Positions 40,001-53,186 of a stretch of 64,000 nucleotides of DNA are shown here, in pieces (the first letter of the stretch is position 1; the number at the start of each line of letters is the position of its first letter). Source of the DNA: Geosiphon pyriformis uo1 (lineage: Eukaryota; Fungi; Glomeromycota); the NCBI GenBank assembly GCA_016748015.1, contig JAAOMT010000436.1:1300847-1364846 (forward strand). The letters are read 5' to 3'. The position numbers and the translations under genes are program-made. The notes below the pieces were generated by a model. That model ran no database searches, was not told where the DNA came from, and was given only the letters and a program-made list of their open reading frames with translations.

Positions 40001-40202
40001 ATTCTGTATGGAAGTTTTCTCTTGTTGATTCAATGTTAACTGTTTCTCTTAAGCAATCTGTGATTTTATCATTGATGTAGAAGTTGAAGGCTGATTCTGC
40101 TAAGAAATAATTATTGCTCAATCCTAATTGTTAACTGTACTGTTGAAATAAGGATTTGGCAAATCTTAAATGGTTTGTCCCTATGATTTCTGATTCTGCC
40201 AC
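34056..40202 (-). pseudogene. G3 gag-pol (dUTPase about 35886-36273)
   Basis: AESEIIGTNHL, CHYCGKQGH, LILDS, DAGFD/GGIIDVRY/RGIQRFGSTG, YLDD, TTDASD, NANSLSRMRQI*. Confidence 0.92.
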
Positions 40203-40264
40203 TTTTGGATGATTGTTGATGATACTGGTTTTTTGTAGGATTATACTTCACAGAAAGCACCAAA

Positions 40265-41074
40265 TATTACAAGTGATTATTTGGGGTCTTAAGTCAAATA
40301 ACAAATCCGTAATTTGGTGTTCAAAAGCTATTGGCAATAATGGTATTAGTAGTCTAAAGATTTTATTAATCTAAAAGTTTTGTTGATGAGTTCTTTGTAT
40401 AACAGACAGAGATTTAATAGTTGTTTTCAGTAGTCTTCCAGAATCGCAATTTCATCAAATTTCTTTCTTAGCATGATGGCTGGTAATCCTCTTAATAAGC
40501 TATCCTCAAATCTATGAATGTTATACCCTTGTTTCACAGGTCTTTTACCAGTCTCTATGATGTCTGTATCTCAGCACTTAATTCTTAATCAATTTAGTAA
40601 AACCAAAGAAATGACAACAAAGAAAAAAAATACAAGAAAATAAAAAAAGATAAAGAAATAAACAAAAACAATTGCAAGTTAGTATCTCATCAATAGCCAT
40701 AATCAAGAGCTATTGTTCCAGTGTGGTTAAGTATTAATTATTATCAACATGAAGCATTGATAGTAGAGAATAGATTGAGATATTGAATAATTATTTATTG
40801 GTGATATGGAAAGTTGCTTAGATCAAATCTAAACTAAGAGGTCTTTAACTAAAGAATTCTGCTTTTTTTATTTCTAATGCTACCACTATATATACATAAT
40901 TGATGTTTTACAAGATCACTCATATTCCTGAGCAATGTGCTATAATTTTTTGAGCAATGTGCCCTAATTTTCTAATATTACTTCACATTGCTGAGCAATG
41001 TGTTCATGTGCTAAATACTATTCACTTATTGGTCTATTATTTTTCCTATATCTGTTTTCTTTTTATGAGTAACA
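40265..41074 (-). repeat. G3 5' LTR
   Basis: Adjacent to the PBS; R/U5 homologous to the G1 LTR, U3 array different. Confidence 0.95.
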
Positions 41075-44000
41075 ATGGGAACAATTTTTCAGTTTTGAAA
41101 AGTACATCAACTCAGTCTCCCATTTTTACAATTGGTTCAGTTATTGAGGATGCTTTAGAGAAGAATTGAGAGCTTTGGTTGGTTTTACAGAATATAAAAA
41201 AAGCATATGATTTGGTTGACTGGGAGCATCTCGAAAAGAGTTTAGTCAGGATTAAAATATACAGCAAGTTCATTTGTTTTTTTGGCAGTATTCACAAAGA
41301 TTGCACCAATCATGTTATGACAGATTTTGGTTTGATGGGTGGCTATCGGGTACATAATGGTTTGGACTAGGGAGAGGTCTTTTCCTCCCTTCTGTGGCAC
41401 ATATTCTATGATTCTCTGCTGTGTGAAATCAAGCATCAGAAAAGTGTATATGAGTATAGGTTGAATTCTCATTTTATTTCCAAAAATGGTCACACTAAAT
41501 CTTGGACTGAACTTTCTTCTTTCTTTGCTGCTGGTGCTTTTGTTAATAATACAATTTGGGTTGATAGCAGTCAGAATGCCACTCAACACATTCTTGATGT
41601 TGTTGGCGAATTTTTTTGAATAAATAATATTTCTATTAATAATGACAAAATAGTGGCCATTCTTATTAATAGCAGAGTCAGCAATCCATCTTTTTCTATC
41701 AGTGGCTTACCAATCTTTATTGCCAAAAAAAGTGAACCTCATTAGTATTTGGGTATTTTTCTTTCAACTGAGGGTTTCTTAAAGCCTAGTTTAGCCAAGG
41801 TGATTTCAGACATTTGTTTTTTTACCAATCTGGTTCTGTGGAAAGCTGTCTTTGATAAACAGCTCTTATATTTGGTTTTGGCAGTTTTTCATTCTATAGT
41901 TAGCTATAAAACACAGTTTAGCTTTGTTTCTGTTGGAATGTGCAACAAGTGAAATGCTCTTATTTACAAGGGCTTAAAGCTTAAATCCAGTCTCCTAATC
42001 AATTTTTTCAGTAATACAATTTACCATCCTTTTTTTTATGGTCTGAGATCTTTCTCTTAGGTTCAGTCTGAAAGTAAAATTGCCTCCCTTGTTAGTTTTG
42101 CAAACTCTGGTAGTGTTGTGGGTTGCTTATTTTCTCATAGGTTTCATAACCTGCAAGTTTTGTGTTGGCACCCTGTTTATCTGTTGAGTTTTCCTGTTCA
42201 TATTTGTGTCAATGCTTCTAATAATTTTTTGGTGGACATGGTTTGTGTTCTTCTTAATTGCAACTTATCTCTGGGTGGCTCTCTGGCCACTTTTTTTTGA
42301 TTCTGCAATGGGATTCTAATGTCTGTTGTTCTGGGTGAGTCGAAGTTTCTCAGGTTTCTCCTTTCTCTTTGGTGGCATGGTATTGCCTTTGTTGACCAAC
42401 TTTGTGATCATCATGGTGCTGTATTTAATTGGTATATCTTTAAGCATTGGAAAAGATTGGATCTTTGTGGCCCTGTTCCTAAGTGGTTCAAGCTTTCTGT
42501 TACATTTTTCAATGGTGTAGACTTCTTTTTTGCTCTCCCCTCATTGTTGCATGATATTGGTCCTTTGAATATTCTTGAATCTAGCAATTTTTTATCTGTT
42601 AGTAATTATTTCTCATGGGCTGGTGCTAGCAGCTTGTCAGTATACATGGATGAGTCCCTTAATAATCTGGGCACAGCCAGCTGTAGAGCAGGCACTGCTG
42701 CATATTTTGAGGACATTGGTTTGGGTTTAGGTGTTAGTGTATCAGGTTTGATGTCATTTACTTTGGCAGAATTGTAGGTTATTGCACTAGTCTTGGAGTG
42801 TGTTCCCTTATCAAGCTCTGTTCAATTTTTTTTGGATAGTCAATCTGCTTTAGATGTTTGTAAGTCGGAATTGGATCTAATGTGTCTTGACTTTCATAAT
42901 CAATGTTGGGTTGAGTGTTATCATATAGTTAATATTATTCATGGTAAGAATTTGAATATTAGTTGGCATAAGGTTAAGGGTCACTCTGGTATTATGGGAA
43001 ATAAATGCACTGATGTGATTGCTGGTGCTGCTTCTCTCTTTAACTGGTATCTACCTCTTCGCTTGGACAAACACTTCTTAATTGCTGATGGCAGAATTGT
43101 TTCTGGTAATTCCAGACATTTTGTCCATGATATTTATTGTTCAGTTTGTTATGCATGCTGGGAGGTTGGGTCTAATTCTAAGTTTTTGGCTGGCAGTTTG
43201 CTCTCAGAGGTTGATTGGTTTCACTTGTCATTGATGTGACATCCTAACTTGCATATGGCTGCTGGTTTTACCAGCAAATGCTTGGCTGATGCACGCATGT
43301 ATTTCATGAAAGCTTTGCACTACTGGCTGTCAGTTGCTATTCGGAAGTGTCTTTATAATAGACTGTATTCTAGTGTGTTGTGCTTATATTGTGGTGAAGT
43401 GGAAGTGTCAGATTATGTGTTCTCTTGTAAGATTAATAAATCTGTTCAGTGTTCTTTATTGGAGTCTCATATGAGTTCCTGGAAGGCAGTTTCTGGTCTT
43501 TCTCATTCTTCTTCAAGTGTATTACAACTGTTGTCATCCTGTATCTTTGATTCTTCTGTAATCACAGTTCTTTATAAAGGTTTTGTTTTTGATGGTTGGT
43601 TTTGTGAGACTGTTTCAGTCTTTTGTGATCTCAAGGTTGCCAGTTTAAAGGTTGTTGAATTTGTGCATTCTTTTGGTCTTGCTTTCAGGACTGATGTTTG
43701 GTCAGTTTGTGCTAAGTATTGTGCTTACATGAAGAAGAATGGATTGATTCCACTTGATGGCTCAGCTCTCATCTCAGTCTCTGGTTTGGTCTTGGGGTTT
43801 TCTGCTAGTGTGGTCAAATTGCTTAGCATTACTGATGATTTTGGTATTTGTTTTGGCTTTCACAAATCCAGTTTGTTTTTTTCTGGTTTGGATAACCTAG
43901 TTTCAGTTTATATAGCTGCGTAGTGTTGTTTTGATTGGTCCAAGTGACTGGTTACATGTAGAAAGTGCATGATTTATGCTTAGTTTAGATCATTTCATTA

Positions 44001-45084
44001 ATGTATAGCACTAGGCTGTGTTTGAATCTCACTTGTTAAGCAAATAAAAAAAAAAAACATACTTAATATTATGTTTTTTAATATTAAATTTATAATCTAT
44101 TAAAATATTTAAATCAATTAAACCATATATTATTTAGTAATTAATATTAAAAAACTTTTTAATATTTTTAACATTATTTTTAATTAAATTTTTTTACTTA
44201 AAAACCAAAAATTAATAATATGTTATATATTGTTTAAATTTTGTTAAGTTTAATTTTTTAATTTAAACTTTTTTGCAAAAATATTAAATAGTCTTATATT
44301 TTTAAAAATAAGTAATAATAATACAATAATTTTTATTATTTTTATTAAAATCTCTATATAAGTATTTTTATTTATAAATTTAAACACAAATTTATTAATA
44401 AATCTGGTTTTTTTAGCAAAAATTTTAATATAAATACCAATAACAATAATAAAAATTTTATTTTAAAATAAAAATTTAATGCTTATTTGTCTGTTTTTAA
44501 TTTTAATAATTTTGTAAATATATAATATTATTATTATTAATAATACAAACTATTTTTAAATCTAAATTTTTATTATTTTTTTTAATAAAAACATTTAAAT
44601 ATTATTAAACTTATTTTTAATATAAAATTTTGACTTTTTTTTTATTTAATTTTTATAATTATAGAATATAATTTTTGTTTTTATGTTATTTAATAATATT
44701 TTTTTATTTAATTGGATTTTTTATTATATATAATAATTTTTAAATTAAATATAATATTATATAATTAAAAAATTGGTTTAATAATAATTAAAATAATTGG
44801 TTTTTTAAAAAAATATTATTAATTTTAATAATATTTAAATAAATAATTTTTGGTTTAATATTTTTATAAAATCTTATATTAATTTATTAAGTAATATTAT
44901 TAAAACTAATTATATTTAATTATTAAAAACAAAATATATAAATTTTTTATTTTAAAATTTTTAAATATTGTTATCAAATATAAATTTGTTAAGTTATATT
45001 TCTTTACTATTTTTAAGATTACAAAGTTTTTTATAATAATTAATATGTTTTTTTGTTAATAATATAATTTCTTATAATATATTA

Positions 45085-47370
45085 TTTTTTTTATTATTAT
45101 GTATTTAACAAGTATAACTCAATCATAATCTAGAAATTAGGACCAAACTAAATAGTTCAGAGCTAAATATGGTTCACACACTTTCTACATATAACTAGTT
45201 ATTCAAATCAGTTTAGGCTATACTATACTGTTAACTTACAAGAAAACTTGTCCAAGATAGACATTTTTTGAATTATATCAAACAAAATAAGACTACTAGG
45301 AACCAATCCAACAAACCACTCAGCTGTTTTTATAGAACAAGACCTAATTTTAAATTCTCAAAATGCCATTAACTTACCAAATATCTCATCACTTACTCCA
45401 ATTGGAGCACCAGAATCACCAAACAAATCAACATTTTTCATGCTATATTCAGTTTTTAATGCTACTACTTTTCTCTCCAACTTACTAACAGATTTGCTAA
45501 ATGCACCCAAATGTATCATAAGCTCATTAACCCTGTTTCTAAGCTTATTGTTAAATACAAGATCACTATTAACAAATTGTTCAAAAATTTTAATCATAAA
45601 GTCAACAGGCTTAACAATAGATTTAACCAAAACAGAAAGCTTGGCCAAATCAGATTTCAGAGACACCAGCCAAGAAGACATTAAAGAATTATCAACAGTT
45701 ACAAAAAAAACAGAAGCCACCAAAAAAGAAAACTCAAAAAAAACAGGAGAAACAGATGTCTTTACATAAGACAAAAAACTAATAAAATATGGTTTAAATA
45801 CCTTGGGAGCCTTAGAAAAAGGAGGTAAAGCAACCTTATAGTCTATGGCCAAATGACCTATCTTTTAATACTAAAAACAATGCCAACAACCAGGAGTTTC
45901 TCACCAGATACAGCACTTTTTTAGTGTATCAGTTTTAATAACAACAAGGTCTAAATCAGCTTGAGAGTTAAATATAATCAGAGCAAAGTGAAAATAACAA
46001 CCAAAATTAAGAAACCAAGGAACAAAACAAGTCTAACCACCAACTTAAAAAACCATATTACTGATTTCAAAGACAGTGCAGCCAGAAAGAAGATTGACCA
46101 ACTTGGTCTTAAACCTATCATGAGACACAATTGTTTCTTATTGATTCACAAAAAGAAAAATTCAAACACTATCTTTGTTTACTAAAACTGACCAGTAATT
46201 AAAAGCAGATGTAACAGCAACCAAATTTTTAAAATGGACCACAACATACTGTTAAATACTGGTAGACTTCAACATAACATAAGTAAACATACCAAAAACA
46301 CTGAGAACTGTCTTAATGTTAATAGTAGACATATTCAAAGACATATTACACAGTGCAACAGCAGCAGAAAGAGAGCCAGACTTAGAAACCACCAAGAACT
46401 TGGCAATTTTGAGAGTGGCCAAACATACAGAGCTTGTAAGCTCAATCAAAAATACAGCTTTCAAAGATACTTGAAAAGCAAACTCCATACAAAACAGCTT
46501 TACATTGTCTTTTAATACTGATTTTGTATCCAAAAAACCATCTACAGACTAAAAAACAGTCTTAACATGAGCCAATTTGATCTTAAAAGTAGCACCAGAC
46601 ACCAGAGTAGAGGCCACCCACCCAGCAAACTTTTGATAATTAGCAATATTTTTTTAAGCATCACTAACAGCAGCACCAAAAACCAAAGAAGAAGATGATT
46701 CAGTTTCTATCTAATTAGCTCAGTTCCCAAAAACAGGTAACCCAACAAAAGATGATTGTTTTGCTTCTAAAACCAGTAATAATCTGCCAAAAGACACCAC
46801 ATTCAGCAACACAGCCAGTAGTTAATCTTGGCCTATCTTAGATAATGTGCTGGATGATGTAACAGAGATCTTATCTGAAATTTTATTTGGAACCACAAAG
46901 GGGTTTGGTGTAATAATAGCAAAAGCAAATAACTGCCTCCATTTTTCTGAACTTTTGGTTTTTTTGACTATTTTTTTTGAAAAGGAGGTATTAAAAGCAC
47001 CAAACATTAAAGCTATAAAAGGAAACACTAGCTTGTTAACTGGTCTACTATTAAACACTTTTGGGCTTTTAGTAGGGGTGGAGGCAATACTGAGACTAAT
47101 CCAAGTGTGTCTTTTTGAGAGAACTTTAACTGGTAAAAAACCAGTCAAAGATGAGAAAGTTGCTTCAATAGCTATCAAAGACAGCTTTTCATGATTACTG
47201 GGTAAAAGAAAGGCTTCTAAAACATTTTGCTTAGTTGTTTCTACAACAGAGAGAGCTTTTCTGGTTGAAATTTTATTAGATATCTAAGGAAAGATATTAA
47301 GTGTAGTCTTTTTACTCTTTGCTCTGGTCATGGTCATAAAATTTAAAGAAACAAAGAGTTTTTTTTGTAT
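45085..47370 (-). mobile_element. C1: ORF1-only non-autonomous non-LTR element (half-LINE)
   Basis: Single decayed ORF 47337-45223 (RRM-like blocks, CCHC knuckle, coiled coil), homologous to LINE-B ORF1, followed directly by a LINE-type 3' UTR and A tail. 5' end approximate. Confidence 0.8.
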
Positions 47371-48198
47371 TATTATAATTACTTTATAATGTATTATTTA
47401 ATGTTTTTATTAATAATATAAAAAATGATTTTAAAATATTTAGTAAAATTTTATTAAATTAAAATTTATTGATTTAGAATAATATGTTATTATTTAATTT
47501 AATTTTTTTAAATCTATTAATTTTGAAAAAAATAATATTTAAATTTTTGAAAAAAAAATTAATATAAATATCTTAAAAGTTAAATTAATCAATTTTTTAA
47601 AATATATAATTTTTAAAATTAGCAATATAATTATTCAAGTATATAATTAAACATGTTTTATTCTTTAATTTCTTAATTTTAATTGTTATTAAAAATATTT
47701 AAAATTTAGATTATTTGGTTTTTAAATATAAATTTTTTTTTTTAGTTTATTAAAATTTGCTTTTAAATGGTTTTTATATTCAAAGTTTTTGTAAACTAAT
47801 TATATAACTCAGTTTTTTATATTAAGATTATTATTTTATTTGGTATGCTTAATGTTATTGTATTTAATAAAATAAGAATTGAATTTTATTTTATTAAAAT
47901 AAATAAAACAACAATCATTATACTTTTTATTAATTTTCTTTTTTGTATAACTTTTTGGATTTTATTTTCAAAAAATCAACAAAAAAAAAGTTTTTAATGT
48001 TATTCCCAATCAAAATGAAGTGCTAAATACAAAGACAAAAATCTTATTTATTGTGTATTTTATGTGAAAAAAGGTATATTGTTTACATTATTAGTAAGAT
48101 TTCCAATAGAGCCTTTGCTGTATTTATAAATAGATTTGTAAACTATGTTTCGAATCCTTGAATCACATAAAAGATGGGCTTATGATCATTTGTAAATT

Positions 48199-49509
48199 TC
48201 AATTCCCGTCTCGATCTGCGTAATACACAATTGTTTCGCTGCTATTTCGCGATCTTCTCACTCGAGGCGAGGAGTCGCTACCAACTACCATCGTTTCTCT
48301 CCAATTTGCTTTGCATGTTGGACATACCTTTTCTGATTGTGATGAGAAATATCTTTGGGCACAGTGTTGGTGCAGTCGTACACTACATTGTTGAACAATG
48401 CATCGCTGTCCCTGAATTGAAACGGTAATCAATTTTCTAATGTGGGCTTCGTTCAGGCAACAGAGTAATCTAATACTTTACCTTAGTTACAATATCAAAA
48501 CATAAAGTACATTCCTTTATTTCATCATCAAATTCTTGCTTTAGGTAATTTTGAAGTTCTAATATAGTTCTTGGACTCATCGAGTATCTCCCGCTCCTAT
48601 TTCAAAGTTAATATAAATTCAGCAAAGATTCCTTAAATTCCTCAAAGATAAAAACTTCACATACAATGATTTAACTAGCCACTTATCATCCACAAATCTT
48701 TGTATAAGTTGTTCTGCCGCGTTTTTTGTCATGGGGGGCTTTACGCGGGAACACTCGCGAAGAGCAGAAATCGCTGAAACCGAGAAGGCTTCATCATCAG
48801 CACGCACAATCATGTCAATCTAGAAATTAACAAGCCCATTAAAGGAGGTTTTAAGAAGCTTATGAAATTTTGAGAAAATATCAATTACTAGAATTTTGAA
48901 ATATGATATTTCTAGAGGGGTGTACTCTGTGGCAAGTTTAGCTATTTCATCCTCGCTAGTATTTACCTATGGGAATAAAAAAGGAAATAGCAGATCAAGA
49001 AAAAACAGATATGTCAAAAATCAATATAATTGTAGATGTGTTTTTAATTTTTCCAAATACCAGTGCCCAAAGTGCTTCACCGGTCGATTCATCAAGACTT
49101 TTGCGAAATTCCATATCCATAGAATTCAACCTTTTATTGATAGTATCCAGAAAAGGCTCAAAATCTTGTTGATGGAACATATCTATTCTCCAAAAACATT
49201 ACAAAATATTGATCAATTCATAAGACGTCTCAAATGTAAAAACCCGTTGGGTTTTTACACAAATAGTTGTTTTGGTTTGATTTTTGAAAAAAATGTCTTG
49301 GCCAATAGATAAAGTAACTGTCGATAAACTAAAATAGTCAAAAATACTTTCTACCACAAACATTTCACTAAAGGAATTCAAAAGACGTTACTTTTTGTCA
49401 CCTCACAAACTCGTTTGTAGATCTCTAAACCCTTTGATTCCAAGAAAACACGTTCAGCTATAGAAGCTTGTAGGAAAAGACGGTGCGCGTTTGTATATGA
49501 AGGTGGCAT
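48199..49509 (-). CDS. NSE1: Non-SMC element 1 of the SMC5/6 complex (Nse1/NSMCE1), 6 exons, 266 aa
   Basis: Exons 49509-49392, 49182-49061, 48966-48889, 48819-48665, 48596-48482, 48411-48199, all GT-AG and phase-consistent (801 nt). Motifs HRLFLQ, WALVNT..DEIAKLATEY, SPRTILELQNYL; RING-like CTLC..C..C..LHQHC..CPTC. Confidence 0.93.
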
Positions 49510-49587
49510 ATTGAATAGAGAATATAGGCTTTGCTAGAAACTGAAGAATAATATAAATCTCGAATATTGACTTTCACCGTCTCCGTT

Positions 49588-49637
49588 ACGCGTCACATTC
49601 TAATCGCTGATCAGTTATATAATATTTTTAAACGCGT
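49588..49637. promoter_or_regulatory. Two MCB (ACGCGT) boxes upstream of NSE1
   Basis: ACGCGT at 49588-49593 and 49632-49637, about 80-130 nt upstream of the ATG, in an otherwise CpG-poor window. Confidence 0.6.
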
Positions 49638-49984
49638 GCACATCTAGCCTGATCGTTTTATTCCCTTTGTTTGGCCTGTATCTCTCCCAGTATCGTATAT
49701 CTTGGTGCCGTGCTTTGTGTGCACTCTAGTTATTTGCAATTGTTTGTAATTATAATTATAGTAATTGATTATGTAACTAGTTACCTAAATCAGTTAAGAC
49801 TATTGATTAAAATTAAAATATATAAAAGATTAATTAAATTCTTTGGATATATTTATATAAATAAAATAAATAAAATTATAATAAATTTTAAAATAATAAA
49901 TAATTATATAATATATAATAGATTAAATTAAAAAAAATAGATTTTTTTTTTTACTATTTTAAAAATTTTTTTATATAAAATTTT

Positions 49985-50227
49985 AAAGTTTATTGTTAAA
50001 ACTGGTAAAATTAAACCCAAAACTGATTTAACTTCTTATTTGGCAGCTAATATATTTGTTAATAATACAATTTGAATTAAAAATAATTAAACTATTACTT
50101 AATATATTTTGAATATTATTAGTAAGTTTTTAGAATTAATAACATATTAATTAATAATAATAAAATTGTAGATATTTTTATTAATTAAAAAACCAGAAAA
50201 TTTTTTTAAATATTAATAATTTGTTTA
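49985..50227 (+). pseudogene. Heavily eroded LINE RT relic (left part; host of C2)
   Basis: Aligns by eye to LINE-B 41490-41720 (FVNNTI region). Confidence 0.7.
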
Positions 50228-51898
50228 TTTTTTTTATTTTTTTTATTAAGATTTAATGAGTATAACCCAATTACTATCTAAAAATTAGAAACAAACTAAG
50301 TATTCTAGTGCTAAATATAGTTTATGTACTTTTTACATATAACTAATTATTTAAATCAGTTTAAACTATATTATATTAATACTTTAGAAAAAACTTACCC
50401 AAAGAAAATATTCTGAACAATTTCAAATAATATAGCACTATTACTAACTTACCAACAGCTTTGCCAAAAAATACTTATATATATCAAAACTTTATTAACT
50501 CTAAGGCCAAGAGCACTATTTAAAACCAAATTCTTATTAACAAATTGTTTAAATATAGTGACCAAAAAATCAACTGACTTAACAATAGAATTAATCAAAG
50601 CAAAAAACTTGGCCAATTTGGATTTTAAAGAAATTAATTAAGAAGAAATCACAGAATTAACAGTTATTGTATTAGCAAAAAAAACCAAACCAACTAAAGA
50701 ATAAGAAGCCAAAAAAAGTGTAGAAGCAGCAGCTTTAACATAAAATTTATTGCCAATAATACAAAAAACAAAAACCTTAAAAACCTTAAAAGGGAAAGAT
50801 AAAGACATTTTACAATTTAAAGCCAGATAATTTAAACTCTAACACCAAAAACAATACCAATTTTTAGAAGTTTCTTATCAAATATGGCATTTTTTCAATG
50901 TATTAGTCTTAATAATTACAGTATTTAAATCAATCTGAAATTTAAATATAACTAAAGCAAATCAGAAATATTAACCAGAATTAAAAAAGCAAGAAATAAA
51001 ACATGTCTAACTATCAACTTAAGAAATTATATTACTAATTTTAAAAACAATACAACCAAAGAAAAGATTGATCAATTTAGTTTTAAATCTATTACAAAAT
51101 ATAATAGTCTTATCTTAATTCACCAAAAAAAAAATTCTAATACTATTTTTATCCACTAAAACTAACCAATAATTTAAAGCAAACACAATAGAGTCCAGTT
51201 TCTTAAAACAAACAATTACATATTGCCAAATATTAGTAGATTTTAATATTATATAGGCAACTTTATTAAATACATTAAAAACTGTTTTAATATTAATAAT
51301 AAATACACTTAAAAGCACATTATACAGTACAATAATAGCAAAAAAAAAACCAGATTCAGAAATCACCAAAAACTTGGCAATTTTAAGAGTAATTAAATAA
51401 ACAGAACTTATAAGTTCAACCAAAAAAACAGCTTTTAAAGATTCTTAAGAAGCAAATTTTATATAAAAAAGCTTTTTATATTGTTTTTTAACATTGATTT
51501 TACATTCAAAAAACTATGTATAGACTGAAAAACAGTTTTAACATAAGCCAATTTGATCTTAAAAATAGCATCAAGTACTAAAATAAAGACTATCTACTTA
51601 GCAAATTTTTGACAACTAATAATAGTTTTCCAGGTACCATTAATAACAACATTAAAAACCAAAGAAAAAATTAAATCAATTTCTATCTGATCAATCCAGT
51701 TTTTATAAACAAATAATTTAACAAAAAACTGTTGTTTTGCTTTTAAAATTGACAATAATCTGCTAGAAAATACCATATTTGACAATACAGCCAGTGGTTA
51801 ATTTTGGTTTATCTTGAACAATATGCTGAATAATATAATAGAAATCTTATTTAGGATCTTATTAAAAATCACAAAAAAATTTAGTATAATAATAGTAG

Positions 51899-52552
51899 TA
51901 TTATAGGTTGGAGTAACAAGTTAACAGATAGCAAAAAAGAACAGAATTGTAGGGTGATGAAAGAAATCAAAGGAAGTTCAACTTTAAAGAGCGAATTGAA
52001 TAAGTATAGATTTAATATGTAAGATTAGTCTCATAAAATATCTTAGTTGCTATACTTTTTAAAAATAACCAGGGAATCTAAAAGTAGAGAGATAGTCCAT
52101 ACTATTAACAAATGATTACATATTAGTATAATTCTATGCCTCATGTTAGCATTTTTAGAATTCAATATCAGGTATTAGATGTATTTTTCAGTCATATTTT
52201 ATTCAATAATTTTCCAATATTGCAATTACATGTTTCAGGAAAAGAGTAAGAAATAACCAACAAGTAATTTTTTATTTCAAGATGTTTAGATACTTAAAGA
52301 TAGAGAAAGAGAATTTAGCAATAAGAGAATAATTAAGATGAAAGTTGTTATTTTATTTCTTTTTTTTCTTTGATTTTTACATACTTTTCTACAGCTAAAA
52401 GATTCATTGTTTATATAGCTATTAAAAATAGTCAATGATCAGATCAATGATCAGATCAATGATCACTTTCTAAAAATAGAGTGGCTAATTATATGACATT
52501 AATGACTAATACATGTAATATTTAATAAGAAGTATAGATTTAAACCATAATA
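51899..52552 (-). repeat. G4 3' LTR
   Basis: Direct repeat of 59751-60445 with fewer 12-bp units. Confidence 0.92.
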
Positions 52553-53149
52553 TTATCCTCTCCAAAGAGATTAAGCTTTGGCAAAATCAAGTTATTCATG
52601 ATGTAATCTATTTGAAGAGTTTTATTTAACTCAAAGCTAACTAGTTTATTGAAGTTTTTTATGAGTTTTATATTCAAGAGACTAAATATTTGTATTAAAG
52701 TTTTGGCTCTTTTAGCAATAGTTAAAACTCCTGAGACATTTAACTATATAATACCCAAAATTTCTTTTTGTATTTTTGAAGTTGTTTTCTTCATAAGTTT
52801 CATATCTTCTATGATTTTTTCAAGATGACCATAGAGTTTTAATTGCCTTCCATATGACAAGTTTTTGTCTATGGGTAAGATTTCTTGGAGTGTTTTTTTA
52901 ATTATATTAAAAGGTAGGAGTATAGCTATTGTTATACTTTCCAACAGATATTTATCCATTTTGCTACCAATTTTTTCTCTTCTAATAGTGGTTTTTTTTG
53001 GTCTAATAACAGTATGTATTCTACTGTTATCAGTTATGGTGGTTTGTTTTTCAATGGTCAGAGTAGCATTTGGATAGTTTTTTAATCCAATACTTATGGA
53101 AAGTATAGAAGGTGTTTTGAATGTTTTGATCCAGAAAATAATTATTTAT
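52553..53149 (-). pseudogene. G4 accessory ORF3
   Basis: DQNIQNTF..IGLKNYPNATLTI (compare G2 PQNIQQLF..ALKTIPKLSIT), LKLYGHLE, TIAKRAKTLIQIF, DFAKA; frameshifted. Confidence 0.6.
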
Positions 53150-53186
53150 GTCAATTGAAGATACCTCTGTTTTGGGAATGATGCAT

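Larger units (their letters stand above)
31108..41074 (-). mobile_element. G3: full-length Ty3/Gypsy with dUTPase, relative of G1, decayed
   Basis: LTRs 40265-41074 and 31108-31936; TSD ATGG; PBS TGGTGCTTTCTGTGAAG 40262-40246; PPT 31952-31937. Confidence 0.96.
29277..43923 (+). pseudogene. LINE-B ORF2 (APE endonuclease, RT, RNase H; split by G3 at 31108-41078)
   Basis: TCNVHGIN/ITETKL and GNFNE (APE); KAAGLSGI, LQNIKKAYD, GEVFSSLLW, AFVNNT (from AFVDD; RT); YMDESL/LAEL/LDSQS/KVKGHSG (RNase H); CLYC. Confidence 0.92.
17453..44055 (+). mobile_element. LINE-B: full-length non-LTR retrotransposon (ORF1 RRM+CCHC; ORF2 APE-RT-RNase H), interrupted by G2 and G3
   Basis: TSD AACATACT at 17445-17452 and 44056-44063; poly(A) tail; coding sequence rejoins across both insertions; about 6.8 kb once insertions are removed. 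Confidence 0.9.

Noticed and set aside
44060-45080. Specific annotation of the AT desert as a LINE ORF1 relic hosting C1
   Set aside because: Faint resemblance only; too eroded to support coordinates by eye.
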